Of a stretch of 64,000 nucleotides of DNA, positions 46,707 to 57,262 are shown in pieces; position 1 is the first letter of the stretch; each line of letters opens with the position of its first letter. The translations under genes were made by a program, and so were the position numbers. The notes below the pieces were generated by a model. It worked only from the letters and a program-made list of their open reading frames with translations, ran no database searches and was not told the DNA's origin. Source of the stretch: Novosphingobium sp. (GTDB lineage Bacteria > Pseudomonadota > Alphaproteobacteria > Sphingomonadales > Sphingomonadaceae); NCBI RefSeq assembly GCF_016719755.1, contig NZ_JADJYM010000004.1; one strand, given 5' to 3'.

Positions 46707-48037
46707 TGCTGCCCGGCACACTGGATCAGGTGCCAACCCCGCCGCGCGGAGCCTGGTACACGCACCTTTACGTGCAGGTGCTCGCCGCGATTGTCGCGGG
46801 CGTGGCGCTGGGCCATTTCGCGCCAGCGACAGGGGAGGCGCTGAAGCCGCTGGGCGATGCCTTCATCAAGTTGGTCAAGATGGTGATCGCGCCGGTGATC
46901 TTCCTGACCATCGTCACCGGCATCGCGGGGCTGCGCGATCTGGCCTCGGTCGGACGGATCGCGGGCAAGGCTTTTGCCTATTTCCTGTTCTTCTCCACCC
47001 TCGCCCTCGTGGTCGGGCTGGTGGTGGCGAACACGGTGCGGCCCGGCGCGGGGCTGAATATCGATCCCGCCAGCCTCGATCCGGGCAAGGTCGCCGACTA
47101 TGCCGACAAGGCGCACGAAAGCACGATCACCGGCTTCCTGACCGGGATCATCCCCGACACGTTCCCTTCCGCCCTCACCGATGGAAACGTCCTCCAGGTG
47201 CTGTTCGTCTCGATCCTGTTCGGGATAGCGCTGGCGCTGGTCGGGCAGCGCGGGGAGAAGGTTTTCGCGCTGTTTGAAGACCTGTCGATGGTGATGTTCA
47301 AGGTTGTGGCGATCGTGATGAAGGCGGCGCCCGTCGGCGCCTTCGGGGCGATGGCCTTCACCATCGGCAAGTACGGGCTGGCCAGCCTGTCGAGCCTCGC
47401 CCAGCTGGTCGCGACCTTCTACATCACCTCGCTGCTGTTCGTGCTGGTGGTGCTGGGGCTGATGGCCAGAATCGCGGGCTTTTCGATCCTGCGCCTGATC
47501 GCCTACCTGAAGGCCGAGCTGCTGCTGGTGCTGGGCACTTCCTCCTCCGAAAGCGCGCTGCCCGCGCTGATCGAGAAGCTGGAACGCGCGGGCTGCCCCA
47601 AGACGGTGGTCGGGCTGGTCGTGCCGACCGGCTATTCCTTCAACCTCGATGGCACCAACATCTACATGACGCTGGCCGCGCTGTTCATCGCCCAGGCCTG
47701 CAACGTGGAGCTTTCGCTGGGCGAGCAGCTTGCCCTGCTCGGCGTGGCGATGCTTTCGTCCAAGGGCGCGGCGGGGGTGACGGGCGCGGGGTTCATCACC
47801 CTTGCGGCCACGCTGTCGATCGTGCCCAGCGTACCGGTGGCCGGCATGGCGCTGATCCTTGGGGTCGACCGCTTCATGTCCGAATGCCGCAGCCTGACCA
47901 ACTTCATCGGCAATGCCGTGGCGGCGGTGGTCGTTTCATGGTGGGAAGGCCGGCTCGACCGTGAGCAGTTCGAGGCCGCGCTGGCAGGCAAATTGCCGCC
48001 CGTCACCGAATTGCCCGTGGGCGAGGTCGAGGCCTGA
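46706..48037 (+). CDS. dctA: C4-dicarboxylate transporter (sodium/proton:dicarboxylate symporter family)
   Basis: 443 aa. [55 protein letters not shown] closely parallels the E. coli DctA N-terminus as I recall it. ATG overlaps the ligase TGA (TGATG). Confidence 0.85.
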
Positions 48038-48045
48038 ACCCCAAT

Positions 48046-48067
48046 CCCTCCCCCACCGGGGGGAGGG
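48046..48067. repeat. Stem-loop CCCTCCCCC-accg-GGGGGAGGG (9-bp stem); REP-like, possible bidirectional terminator
   Basis: Read directly, between convergent dctA (ends 48037) and trxB (ends 48079). Confidence 0.6.
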
Positions 48068-48078
48068 GCTAGGGATGC

Positions 48079-49224
<1,146 letters not shown>

Positions 49225-49231
49225 TCAGGGC

Positions 49232-49501
49232 ATGAACATCATCATCCTTCTCGTCGTCGGCGGCATCCTTGGCTGGCTGGCCAGCATCGTCATGCGCACT
49301 GACGGACAGCAGGGCGTGTTGCTCAACGTGGTGGTGGGGATCGTCGGCGCGGTGCTTGCCGGGTTCGTCATCACCCCGCTGATCGGCGGCGTTCCGATTA
49401 CCCAGGGTGGATTAGACGTCCGCTCGCTGATCGCTTCTTTCCTTGGCGCGGTGCTGCTGCTGGGGATCGTCAACCTGGTTCGGCGGGGCTCGGTGCGCTG
49501 A
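49232..49501 (+). CDS. GlsB/YeaQ/YmgE-family small stress membrane protein
   Basis: 89 aa, three hydrophobic segments. MNIIILLVVGGILGWLASIVMRTDGQQG. AGGAG lies 9 nt upstream. Confidence 0.8.
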   Translation: MNIIILLVVGGILGWLASIVMRTDGQQGVLLNVVVGIVGAVLAGFVITPLIGGVPITQGGLDVRSLIASFLGAVLLLGIVNLVRRGSVR

Positions 49502-50651
49502 CCATCGGGGGAGGCGCTTGCGGCTGGTCTCCCGCCGCTGCGCTCGCCCGTTCGTCGTCGCCCGCGAACAGGTCCTCGCCGAACAGGAAGCCGATCACGT
49601 TGGGACTGCCCATGTGTTCGAACAGGGCAAGCAGGATGATCAGCAGCGGGATCGAAAGGATCGCCCCCAGCGCGCCCCACACCCAGCTGAAAAAGCTGAA
49701 CGCCACCAGGATCGCCACCGGATTGACCGTGAAACGCCGCCCCAGCAGCGCAGGCGTCACGATGTTTGCCTCGATCGCGTGGAGGCCCAGGTAAAGCAGG
49801 GCCGGGAGCAGGCCGATCAGCACCGAATCCGCCGTACCCAGACCCACCGCGCCCAGCAGACCGCCAGTGATCAGCGGGCCGAAATAGGGCAGGAAATTGA
49901 GCAGGGCGGCAATCCCGCCCCACATCACCGGAGATTCGAAACCATAGGCCCAGGCCCCCAGCCCGACTATCACGCCGACCCCGATGTTGATCAGCGTGAC
50001 GGTCAGCAGATAGGCGCCAACCCGCTGCTGGACATCGCGCAGCGCCCGCGCGACGCGCAGCGAGGCGTCGAGGTCGCTGCGGTCGAGCAACAGGCGGCGG
50101 CGCAGGCGGACGCGCGATTCAATCATGAAATAGGCCATCAGCAGGGTCAGGATCGCCTCGAACAGCAGCGTCGGCGTGGCATAGGCGGCCTGTTCCAGCA
50201 CCGATGGCGCAGCGACCACCACCTGCTGGACATGGCGCGCACCGGTCAGGCGGCTGATCTGGTCGCCCAGCCGGGTGATCATCCGCACGTCGCCGCGCCA
50301 CTGTTCGATGTGCCCCGCGATCACCTGCAGCGTCTTGGGCAGACTGGCAAGCAGGTCCGCCGCCGGCTGGACGATCAGCGACACGCCCAGCACCAGCGCG
50401 GCAATGAACACCACCAGCGCCAGCGCGGCGCTCAGCGAATTGGGAATCCCCAGCCGCCCGAAGGCATCGGCCAGCGGTGAAAGCGCGACCGTGATGACGA
50501 TCGCGGTGACGATCGGCAGAAAGAACGCCTTGCCCGCCGTCAGCGCAAAGGGCAGCGCCAGCAGCAGCAGCGCCGCCGCGACCAGCAGCAAGGCGGCCTG
50601 GATGCGCGATTGCTTGGCTGCTTCGGATGGATGCGCGTCGGGCCTGGTCAT
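49470..50651 (-). CDS. AI-2E family transporter (PerM/YhhT-like permease)
   Basis: 393 aa, multiple TM segments and a Pro/Ala-rich C-terminal tail. The 3' end overlaps the convergent gene by 32 nt. Confidence 0.75.
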   Translation of the reverse strand: MTRPDAHPSEAAKQSRIQAALLLVAAALLLLALPFALTAGKAFFLPIVTAIVITVALSPLADAFGRLGIPNSLSAALALVVFIAALVLGVSLIVQPAADLLASLPKTLQVIAGHIEQWRGDVRMITRLGDQISRLTGARHVQQVVVAAPSVLEQAAYATPTLLFEAILTLLMAYFMIESRVRLRRRLLLDRSDLDASLRVARALRDVQQRVGAYLLTVTLINIGVGVIVGLGAWAYGFESPVMWGGIAALLNFLPYFGPLITGGLLGAVGLGTADSVLIGLLPALLYLGLHAIEANIVTPALLGRRFTVNPVAILVAFSFFSWVWGALGAILSIPLLIILLALFEHMGSPNVIGFLFGEDLFAGDDERASAAAGDQPQAPPPMVSAPSPAEPG

Positions 50652-50691
50652 GGTCGGCGGTTGCCCTGTTGCGATTGAGGTGGGACCAGTC

Positions 50692-51312
50692 CTAGCCTGC
50701 CCCGGCTACTTTGGCGAGATCGGCCATGATCCGGCCGGCCGGATCGCCGGTTTGCCGATCGCTTTCCGATGCATCGGACCTCAGGTCCTCACCGCTTTCG
50801 GTCATCTGCACCAGCGCGGCGCGGCCCCGCGCGACGCGGCTCTTGATCGTGCCAACCGCACAGCCGGTGATCGCGGCGGCTTCCTCGTAACTGAAGCCCC
50901 CGGCACCCACCAACAGCACCGCCTCGCGCCGCTCGGGCGGCAGCTTCAGCAGGGCGCGGTGCAGGTCGGCCAGGTGGATCGGTGCCTCCTGCCCCGGGTT
51001 GCCCGCGGTGATCCGCTCGGCTGCGGCCTCGTCATAGTCACCGCGAAAGCGGTTGCGGCGCACTTCGGTGAGGAACACGTTGCGCAGGATCACGAATGTC
51101 CAGGCCTTCATGCTGGTATCCGGGCGGAACCGCGCGCGCGCATTCCACGCCCGCACCATGGTTTCCTGCACCAGGTCGTCAGCAAAGTCCGCCCGCCCGC
51201 ACAGGCCCCGCGCAAAGGCGCGCAGGTGCGGAATTACGGCGACCAGATCGCGCTTGAAACGATCGGGCGCGGCGCGCTCTCCGGCAGCGCCCTGCCCCTG
51301 CCCGTCAGTCAT
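50692..51312 (-). CDS. ecfG: ECF sigma factor, EcfG-type
   Basis: Region 2 DLVQETMVRAW and region 4 FSYEEAAAITGCAVGTIKSRVARGR. The start ATG 51312 overlaps the nepR stop by 8 nt. Confidence 0.85.
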   Translation of the reverse strand: MTDGQGQGAAGERAAPDRFKRDLVAVIPHLRAFARGLCGRADFADDLVQETMVRAWNARARFRPDTSMKAWTFVILRNVFLTEVRRNRFRGDYDEAAAERITAGNPGQEAPIHLADLHRALLKLPPERREAVLLVGAGGFSYEEAAAITGCAVGTIKSRVARGRAALVQMTESGEDLRSDASESDRQTGDPAGRIMADLAKVAGAG

Positions 51313-51532
51313 GCCGGGCCTGGTCCAGTTGCCGAAGCAACTGGTTGAAACTGTCGGGCAGCGGTTCGCGCACCACCGCATCGTACAACTGTCGCAGGCC
51401 CTGTAACCAGCCCTTTCCCGCCTGTTCGGCGCAGTGCGGGCAGTTCCGGTCGCCGCATCCGTTGCAGGTCTCGTGCCCCACGTGCGTCTCCATTACGGGC
51501 GGGTCAAAGCCTCCCGCATCCGTTCCCGCCAT
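51305..51532 (-). CDS. nepR: NepR anti-sigma factor
   Basis: C-terminal LRQLYDAVVREPLPDSFNQLLRQLD matches the NepR signature. The start is ambiguous (GTG 51556, ATG 51532, ATG 51493), and every option lies upstream of the Cys cluster CNGCGDRNCPHC. Confidence 0.75.
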   Translation of the reverse strand: MAGTDAGGFDPPVMETHVGHETCNGCGDRNCPHCAEQAGKGWLQGLRQLYDAVVREPLPDSFNQLLRQLDQARHD

Positions 51533-51583
51533 CAAGGTTGCTTCCCCGTCAATCACCGGCTTGCCCTGCTTTCATTGAGGGCT

Positions 51584-51608
51584 AACGTGCAAGGCACCGT
51601 CCGGTTCC
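51584..51608 (-). promoter_or_regulatory. EcfG-type promoter GGAAC-N16-CGTT driving nepR-ecfG
   Basis: On the minus strand: GGAAC (51608-51604), a 16-nt spacer, then CGTT (51587-51584). It lies upstream of all candidate nepR starts. Confidence 0.75.
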
Positions 51609-51632
51609 CGGCCCTGCGGATTTCAGGAGCCG

Positions 51633-51657
51633 GGAACGGAATCGCGGCACAGGCATT
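51633..51657 (+). promoter_or_regulatory. Possible EcfG-type promoter GGAAC-N16-CATT facing the histidine kinase
   Basis: GGAAC 51633-51637 and CATT 51654-51657 (one mismatch in the -10). It lies only about 10 nt from ATG 51668, so the leader would be very short. Confidence 0.35.
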
Positions 51658-51667
51658 GGAGCAAGCG

Positions 51668-53341
51668 ATGGAAAGCCGCGTCCGCCGCCGCGTGAAGCGC
51701 GAAGCCTGGTTCCACCGTTATCCACGCGGCCTGCCGGTGGCGCTGTTCGTGCTGATGGCGCTGCTGACAATGGCGACCGTCGGGATGCTGGAACGCACTG
51801 ACCGCGATCAGCGCGCGCTGATGCTGGAACGCAACGCGACCGAGGTAGCCTTTGCCCTGCGCCAGCGCGAGGCGGAACATCTGGCTTTCCTGCACGCCGC
51901 CGCAGCGTTGTTCGCGCGCCAGCGGGCGGTCGATGCGGCGATGGTCGAGGCGTTTCACCGCGACCTGGGCGACAATCTGGCCCGGCGCGGCGCGATGGGG
52001 CTTGGCTGGGCGGAAGTGGTCCCGGCCAGCCAGCGGACCGAGGTTCAGGAGCGGCAACGCGCGCGCGGCGATCCGGCCTTCCGGATCTGGCCCGCAGCGG
52101 AACCGGCAAGCGCCATGGCTGTGCCGATCCTCTACCTGTTCCCCCGCAGCGAGCCGAACCTGCGCGCAATCGGCTATGACCTCAACTCCGAACCCTTGCG
52201 CCGCGAGGCAATGGACCGCGCGGCCCGGCTGCGGCGGCCCGTGGCGACGGGTCTGGTCCAGCTGGTCCAGGATGGCGGAGGCAATCCCCGGCCGGGCTTC
52301 CTGATCTTCATGCCAGTGTTCGACGATGGCACCGGCGCGCTGCGCGGCTATGTCTACAGCCCGTTCCGCGCAGACGAATTCCTGGCTTCGGCCAACCGCC
52401 TCCACGTCTCGCGGCGGATCGGCACGGCACTTTACGACGGCGATCAGCAGGAGCGCGCGCATCTGCTGGCAGAAGTCCCTCTGGATGAACCAGCCGGCGC
52501 CACGCTGACCAGACGGATCACGGTGGGCGAGAGGCGCTGGACCCTTGTGGTAAGCGAGCCGCAACAAGCGGCATTGTCTGCCCTGTCACGTGTCACCCTG
52601 CTGTCCGGCCTGCTGATGGCCGGGCTGATGCTGGTCATCGCCCAGCTCGTCACTCGCCGCGCGGCGGAGGATCACCAGATCCTCGAATGGGAAACCCGGC
52701 AATCGGAAATCCGTAACACCCTGACCCGCGAGCTTAACCACCGGGTCAAGAACACCCTGGCCAACGTGCTGTCGATCATCGCCCTCACCCGCCGCCGCGC
52801 CGACAGTCTCGACGGGTTTGCCGACAGCCTTACCGGGCGCATCCGCGCGCTATCCGCCACGCACGATCTGCTGACCCGCTCCGAATGGGGACCGGTCCCG
52901 ATCCGCGCGGTAATCGAGGCCGAGCTTTCGCCCTACCTGGCGATGGACGGCGGGAACCTGACGATTGCCGGACCTCCCGTCGATCTTGCCCCCGGAGAGG
53001 CGCTCTCGCTGGGGCTGGCGCTGCACGAACTGGCCACCAATGCCGCCAAATACGGCAGTCTCAGCGTGCCGGCCGGCAAGGTTGCGATCCACTGGCGGCT
53101 GACCGGACCGGACGCGGTGGAACTGGACTGGCGCGAAAGCGGCGGCCCGCCCGTGACCGTGCCGGACAAGCGCGGGTTCGGCCGCGAACTGATCGAACGG
53201 GTCGTGGCGCACGAACTGAGGCAGCCGGTCGAGCTGCACTTTGATCCGGGCGGCGTGCAGTGCCGCCTGCGCGTACCGATGCGTCCGCAGGCCAGCTTCA
53301 CCCTGCGCCGCGGCGGCGAGGAGCCACCCGCGTCAGTCTAG
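51668..53341 (+). CDS. CHASE-domain sensor histidine kinase of the HWE/HisKA_2 type (PhyK/Pak-like)
   Basis: TM - about 250-aa periplasmic CHASE-like region (AIGYDLNSEPLRREAMDRAA...GFLIFMPVF) - TM - H-box ELNHRVKNTLANVLSI - N-box ELATNAAKYG - GFGRELIER. Confidence 0.8.
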   Translation: MESRVRRRVKREAWFHRYPRGLPVALFVLMALLTMATVGMLERTDRDQRALMLERNATEVAFALRQREAEHLAFLHAAAALFARQRAVDAAMVEAFHRDLGDNLARRGAMGLGWAEVVPASQRTEVQERQRARGDPAFRIWPAAEPASAMAVPILYLFPRSEPNLRAIGYDLNSEPLRREAMDRAARLRRPVATGLVQLVQDGGGNPRPGFLIFMPVFDDGTGALRGYVYSPFRADEFLASANRLHVSRRIGTALYDGDQQERAHLLAEVPLDEPAGATLTRRITVGERRWTLVVSEPQQAALSALSRVTLLSGLLMAGLMLVIAQLVTRRAAEDHQILEWETRQSEIRNTLTRELNHRVKNTLANVLSIIALTRRRADSLDGFADSLTGRIRALSATHDLLTRSEWGPVPIRAVIEAELSPYLAMDGGNLTIAGPPVDLAPGEALSLGLALHELATNAAKYGSLSVPAGKVAIHWRLTGPDAVELDWRESGGPPVTVPDKRGFGRELIERVVAHELRQPVELHFDPGGVQCRLRVPMRPQASFTLRRGGEEPPASV

Positions 53342-54124
53342 CGGGCGGCTCGATCCGAAGAACAGCGCCTGGCCGATCGCGGCCCGCACGGTCGCCTCGT
53401 GGAACGGCTTGGTGACAAGATAGGTCGGCTCGGGCCGGTCGCCGGTCAGCAGCTTTTCCGGGTAGGCGGTAATGAAGATCACCGGCACGTCGCCGAATTT
53501 CAGGATGTCTTCCACCGCATCGATCCCTGAGCTGCCGTCGGCCAGCCGGATGTCGGCCAGCACCAGTCCGGGCCGCTCCGATTCGAACACCTCGCGCGCG
53601 CGGGAGCGGGTCGCGGCGCTGCCCGCCACCGCGTGGCCCATGTCGGTGACGATGTCTTCCAGTTGGAGCGAAATCAGCGGTTCATCCTCGATGATCAGGA
53701 CCCGGGTTGCGGTCCCGCGCTGGATTTCGGCGACTGCCGCGGCAACGAGCGCACGGATTTCGTCCGCGCTGCGCCCCAGCACTCGCCCGGCATCGGCGGG
53801 GGACAAGTCTTCCAGCGTGGTCAGCAGCAGCGCCTGGCGGCTTTCCGGGCTCATCCGGGCGAGATGCGCCTGCGCGGCGCGTTCGTGCAGCCCGGCGGGG
53901 GCACCGGCCGTCACCTGAAGCTTGGCATTACTGCAGATGCGCGTGAACACCGCGTAGAGCGGAATCCTTCCCTGAGCCGCTTCCTCCAGCACGGCGCGGT
54001 CGGCCAGAGCCGCTTCCAGCGTGGCGCGGACACAGGCATCGCCGGCCTGCTGCGATCCGGTCAGGGCGCGGGCATAGCGGCGCAAGTAAGGCAGTTGGCT
54101 GGCGAGTTGCTGGGCAAGCGACAT
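53333..54124 (-). CDS. phyR: PhyR anti-anti-sigma response regulator (sigma-like N-domain plus receiver)
   Basis: 263 aa. LPYLRRYARALTGSQQAGDACV sigma-like domain, then receiver VLIIEDEPLISL...LVLADIRLADGSSG...KPF. Start ATG 54124; the track ORF extends further upstream. Confidence 0.85.
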   Translation of the reverse strand: MSLAQQLASQLPYLRRYARALTGSQQAGDACVRATLEAALADRAVLEEAAQGRIPLYAVFTRICSNAKLQVTAGAPAGLHERAAQAHLARMSPESRQALLLTTLEDLSPADAGRVLGRSADEIRALVAAAVAEIQRGTATRVLIIEDEPLISLQLEDIVTDMGHAVAGSAATRSRAREVFESERPGLVLADIRLADGSSGIDAVEDILKFGDVPVIFITAYPEKLLTGDRPEPTYLVTKPFHEATVRAAIGQALFFGSSRPLD

Positions 54125-54459
54125 GATCGAAGGACTCCTCGGACAGAGAAGGCGGCGGCCGGTCTGGCTCGCTGCCGGGCGCAATCCGGCCTGCGGACAG
54201 GGCGGCAGTCTTGCCGTTCGGGTCCGCCAGGGCAACCGGGTGCTGCGCAGGCTGCCGCAATACCGGGGCAGGCGGCCCGAAATTTCTTCGCGGCAGCCGG
54301 GAACCGCTGCCTACGGCGGCGGTTATACGCCATGTCACCCAGCCGGGAACTTAAAACTGCCCCCCGAGCATCCCGGCGGGTGGCATCTTCGAATGCCCGG
54401 CAGGCTGCTATTCCGCTGGTCCGGGCAGGACGGAAACCGGGCGCGGCGGGATTTTCCGG

Positions 54460-55170
54460 TCAGGTGCCCGAGCTTGGCCCGGCACCACGGATTATGCCCT
54501 GCAGCCAGTCAGCCAGCGCCGCGCGGCTGCGCGGTCCATCTTCCAATTGTGGCATATGCCCGCAGCCTTCCAGCCTGACCAGCCGCGCCTGCGGCAGCGC
54601 GGCGGCAAGCTCTTCCGAAGCGGCGGGTGCGATCACCGCGTCGGCATCGCCGGTGATGACGAGCACGGGGCAAGTGACCGCGCCGATCCGCCCGGCAAAG
54701 ACCGGACGGGTCGCGGCGGCGTGCTGTTCGCGGGCAAAGCGCTCCGCTCCCCCGGCAAGCATCATCGCTTCCACCTGTCGCAGGCAGGCCGCGCGATTGG
54801 CGGGAGCCAGCGCGGCGCGGGCAAGGCGGGCAACGACACCGGCGAAATCGGTGCGCGCGGCCGCCACCAGCGCGGCGCGGCCCGCGCGCGATGCCTCCGT
54901 CTCGGCGCGGGCGGAGGTTGATATCAGCACCAGCCCGGCGATCCGGTCCGGCCGGGCAAGCGCGGCCGCCTGCGCGACATAACCGCCCAGCGAATGGCCC
55001 AGCAGCACGAAGCGATCCGGCGCGCGTTCCAGCAACGAGGCCGCCATGGCATTGATGCTTTCGCCCCGGTTGGCCGCGACCGTGACGGCAAGCCCAAGGG
55101 GAGCCAGCGCCTCGCGCCAGCTCTCCTCGTCCTCAAGGATGCCGGGGACGACGACCAGCGCAAGGGTCAT
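54460..55170 (-). CDS. Alpha/beta-fold hydrolase
   Basis: 236 aa with nucleophile elbow GHSLGG. It starts 12 nt after the FadB-like stop. Confidence 0.8.
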   Translation of the reverse strand: MTLALVVVPGILEDEESWREALAPLGLAVTVAANRGESINAMAASLLERAPDRFVLLGHSLGGYVAQAAALARPDRIAGLVLISTSARAETEASRAGRAALVAAARTDFAGVVARLARAALAPANRAACLRQVEAMMLAGGAERFAREQHAAATRPVFAGRIGAVTCPVLVITGDADAVIAPAASEELAAALPQARLVRLEGCGHMPQLEDGPRSRAALADWLQGIIRGAGPSSGT

Positions 55171-55182
55171 CGCCTGGGCGCC

Positions 55183-57231
55183 TCAGCCGCGCGTGAAACT
55201 GCCGCCGGACGCGGCCTTTTCGGCCAGCAGTTTCGCCGGTTCGATCCCCATCGCCTTCAGCCCCTCGACCACCTTGGGCAGGCCCACGGTATCGGCCCAG
55301 AACATCGGCCCGCCGGTGTAGACGGGCCAGTTGTAACCCAGGATGCAGGCCACATCGATGTCGCTGGCGCGGATCGCGACGCCTTCTTCCAGCACCTTCG
55401 CGCCTTCGTTGACCACCGGGTAGAGCAGCCGGGCGACAATCGCTTCCGCCGACTGCGAACCCTTGCTGGCCACGCCCTTGTAGGCGGCGAAATCGGCTAT
55501 TACCTGCGCGGCAACCGGGCTGGGGCTGGCCTTGCGCTGCTCGTCATAGTCATAAAAGCCGCCGCCCGACTTCTGGCCAAGCCGGCCCAGCTTGACGAGG
55601 TCGCTTTGCAGCGTCCGCTCGTTCGAGCCGCGCCCGATCACGTCAAGGCCGACCAGATCGCCCATCGCGAACGGCCCCATGGCGAAACCATAGCCATAGA
55701 TCGCCGCGTCGATATCCTGCGGAGTCGGGCCTTCCAGCACCAGTTCCATCGCCTGGCGGCTGCGCGGGCTCATCACCCGGTTGGCGATGAAACCGGGGCC
55801 GACGCGGCTGACGACCGGCACCTTGGCGATGGTTCTGGCGACCTTCAGCGCCGTGGCCAGGACCGCGTTCGAGGTCTTCGCGCCGCGCACGATTTCCAGC
55901 AGACGCATCACGTTGGCGGGCGAGAAGAAGTGCAGACCCACCACGCTTTCGGGGCGCGCGGTGGCGCTGGCAATCTCGTCGAGATCGAGGAACGAAGTGT
56001 TCGAGGCAAGAATCGCGCCGGGCCTGGCAATGGCGTCCAGCTTGCCGAAAACTTCCTTCTTGATCCCCATGTCCTCATAGACAGCCTCGATGATGAGGTC
56101 GGCCTGACCCAGTGACTCCATTTCCAGAGAGGGAGTGAGCAGCGCCATGCGCTGCTCGACCTGCTGGGCGGTCATCCGGCCCTTGGCGGCGGAGTTCTCG
56201 TAATTTTTGCGGATCACTCCCACGCCCCGGTCAAGCGCCGCCTGGCTCATCTCGACCAGCGTCACCGGAATCCCGGCGTTGAGGAAGTTCATGGTGATGC
56301 CGCCGCCCATCGTGCCCGCGCCGATCACGCCGACCGCCTTTACGGGCAGGGTTTCGGTGTCCTTCGGCAGGTCCGGCACCTTCGCCCCTTCGCGCTCGGC
56401 GAAGAAGTAATAGCGCTGCGCGGCACTTTCGGTGCTTTCCATCAGTTCCATGAACAGTTCGCGCTCGCGCACCATGCCTGCGTCGAAATCCAGCTCAGCC
56501 GCAGCCTCGATCGCCTTGACGATGTTGTAGGGCGCCTTGAAACCGCGCCACTGGCGGGCATTCTTCTTGAGGTATTCGGAGTAGATCTCGGTCTTGCCGC
56601 GATAGGGTTCGACCTTGTCCTGGCGGTCGCGCACGCGCAGCAGCGGCCGACCCTCGGCGATCAGCCGCGCGGCGAAGGCGATGGCATCCTCACGCAGCCG
56701 ACCTTCTTCCGCCAGCGCGTCGATCATGCCCAGTTCCAGCGCCTTGGGGGCAGGAACCGGCGCTCCCCCCGTAATCAAGTCAAGCGCGGCCGGGATGCCG
56801 ACGATGCGCGGCAGGCGCTGAGTGCCGCCCGCGCCCGGAAGCAGGCCAAGGTTGACTTCCGGCAGACCGACCTTGGCCGAAGGCACCGCGATCCGGTAAT
56901 GGCAGGTCAGCGCGAATTCATAGCCGCCGCCCAGCGCCGTGCCGTGGATCGCCGCGACCACTGGCTTGGTGCCGCCTTCGATCAGGTCGAACACTTCGCC
57001 CAGGTTCGGACCGCCGACGTTCTTGCCCAGTTCCGAAATGTCCGCTCCGGCAATGAAGGTGCGGCCCGCGCAGATCAGGACGATCGCCTTGACCGCATCG
57101 TCCGCCGCGAACTGGCGAAAACCTTCGTCCAGCGCCATCCGGGTGTGGATGCTCAGCGCGTTGACCGGCGGGTAGTCGATGGTGAGGACGCCGATGCCGT
57201 CGATGACTTCGGTGGTTCCGACCTTGCTCAT
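55183..57231 (-). CDS. Fused enoyl-CoA hydratase / 3-hydroxyacyl-CoA dehydrogenase (FadB/FadJ-like)
   Basis: N-terminal crotonase ([12 protein letters not shown]...FIAGADI) followed by the NAD Rossmann motif [13 protein letters not shown]. Start ATG 57231 (MSKVGT). Confidence 0.88.
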   Translation of the reverse strand: MSKVGTTEVIDGIGVLTIDYPPVNALSIHTRMALDEGFRQFAADDAVKAIVLICAGRTFIAGADISELGKNVGGPNLGEVFDLIEGGTKPVVAAIHGTALGGGYEFALTCHYRIAVPSAKVGLPEVNLGLLPGAGGTQRLPRIVGIPAALDLITGGAPVPAPKALELGMIDALAEEGRLREDAIAFAARLIAEGRPLLRVRDRQDKVEPYRGKTEIYSEYLKKNARQWRGFKAPYNIVKAIEAAAELDFDAGMVRERELFMELMESTESAAQRYYFFAEREGAKVPDLPKDTETLPVKAVGVIGAGTMGGGITMNFLNAGIPVTLVEMSQAALDRGVGVIRKNYENSAAKGRMTAQQVEQRMALLTPSLEMESLGQADLIIEAVYEDMGIKKEVFGKLDAIARPGAILASNTSFLDLDEIASATARPESVVGLHFFSPANVMRLLEIVRGAKTSNAVLATALKVARTIAKVPVVSRVGPGFIANRVMSPRSRQAMELVLEGPTPQDIDAAIYGYGFAMGPFAMGDLVGLDVIGRGSNERTLQSDLVKLGRLGQKSGGGFYDYDEQRKASPSPVAAQVIADFAAYKGVASKGSQSAEAIVARLLYPVVNEGAKVLEEGVAIRASDIDVACILGYNWPVYTGGPMFWADTVGLPKVVEGLKAMGIEPAKLLAEKAASGGSFTRG

Positions 57232-57262
57232 GGCTGGTATTCCTTCGCGTTCAATGCGCCGT

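Noticed and set aside
51491-51520. Classifying the NepR cysteine cluster as a ZAS (zinc anti-sigma) domain
   Set aside because: The motif here is H-x2-C-x2-C-x4-C-x2-C, not H-x3-C-x2-C, and the rest of the protein is NepR-like. It is kept as a finding but not called ZAS.
53333-54235. N-terminally extended versions of several track ORFs (phyR to 54235, FadB-like to 57360, flavoprotein to 26806, trxB to 49209, Rieske to 6644, DUF3604 to 18469)
   Set aside because: The extensions run into upstream genes or lack an RBS. Internal ATG/GTG starts with good Shine-Dalgarno spacing give family-typical N-termini.
54125-54300. Expected EcfG-type promoter (GGAAC-N16/17-CGTT) oriented towards phyR
   Set aside because: Reading the minus strand I found no GGAAC. 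The nearest candidate, on the plus strand (away from phyR), is GGACA-N15-CGTT (54195-54218), with wrong spacing and a mismatch. The phyR promoter remains unidentified.
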